A stretch of 64,000 nt of DNA from Chiloscyllium plagiosum (lineage: Eukaryota). Position numbers and translations under genes: made by a program. Below, in pieces: positions 63,413-64,000 of this stretch. Under the pieces are notes generated by a model. The model was given only the letters and a program-made list of their open reading frames with translations, had not been told where the DNA came from and did no database searches. Location: NCBI RefSeq assembly GCF_004010195.1, contig NC_057718.1, positions 30,696,767-30,760,766 on the forward strand, given 5' to 3'. Position 1 is the stretch's first letter; each line of letters starts with the position of its first letter.

Positions 63413-63612
63413 AAAACATCTTTCCTTGATATAGCTGCTTTCACAACAAAGATAGCAAACAACTTCAAAACCAATGCAGTAGTTTTGAAATAAAATAACT
63501 ATCACAATATGGGGAAACATGACATCCAATTCGTACATTGCTAGGTCCCACAAAAATAGTGAGTAACTGGCAAGATATGCTTTCGTGTTAGTAACAAGGG
63601 AGAAAATTATCT
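63413..63612 (-). mobile_element. Deu-type SINE 3' part, decayed
   Basis: Similar to 33400-33600. Confidence 0.45.
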
Positions 63613-64000
63613 CATCCAAACGTAAGCACTCTTAGTTGTGTAGAATCCACTCATTATTACGCTGAAGTATCAACTTACCTTTTACGCTCAAGCCTTTAAC
63701 AGAGGAATTGAATCGAAAATCTTGTAGCTAGGGGCAAAAGTGTTACCATTTGAGATAATGTTAACTAGTGACCTAAATTCTGATTATTCAACTGGGATTG
63801 TACATAATTGCAACAGTGATGAGCTCTTTAGTTATTAAGCTATGGCATAGTTAGGGCAAGGTTCTCAACCTATTTTCCAATACAACCCCATTTTAATACA
63901 TTTGAGAATGAACGTGACCGTAGGTTCCAAAAAAAACTATTCAAATCAGCACAGTAGCAGTCAGTCAATAAAATTTAAAGTTCACAACTGATAGATTGAC

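Overview
AT-rich, CpG-depleted eukaryotic genomic DNA from a cartilaginous fish. HE1/V-SINEs, CR1/HER1 LINEs and Deu-domain SINEs point to a shark; the genus cannot be fixed from sequence alone. I found no credible host protein-coding exon, tRNA/rRNA gene or CRISPR array, so the window looks like a gene desert or large intron. It is densely populated with transposon fossils: CR1 LINEs of several ages, HE1 and Deu-type SINEs, a decayed gag-only Ty3/Gypsy remnant, a TA-flanked Tc1/mariner-type MITE, and PIF/Harbinger remnants (two transposase fossils plus Myb/SANT partner ORFs). The most interesting signal is a set of about 16 Penelope-like element (PLE) insertions from several families. Many are 130-300 bp foldback mini-elements with 11-18 bp target-site duplications and minimal hammerhead-ribozyme cores (CUGANGA...GAAA-palindrome-UH), and two longer copies carry the GIY-YIG ORF. 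PLE-associated hammerheads are known as a class, so the novelty lies in the local details: arm asymmetry, breakpoints at the ribozyme edge, and a templated replacement of one core. A ~4.7 kb transposon-free block with a Hox/TALE-like motif cluster is a candidate conserved enhancer region. Translations and alignments were done by eye, so boundaries of old elements are approximate.
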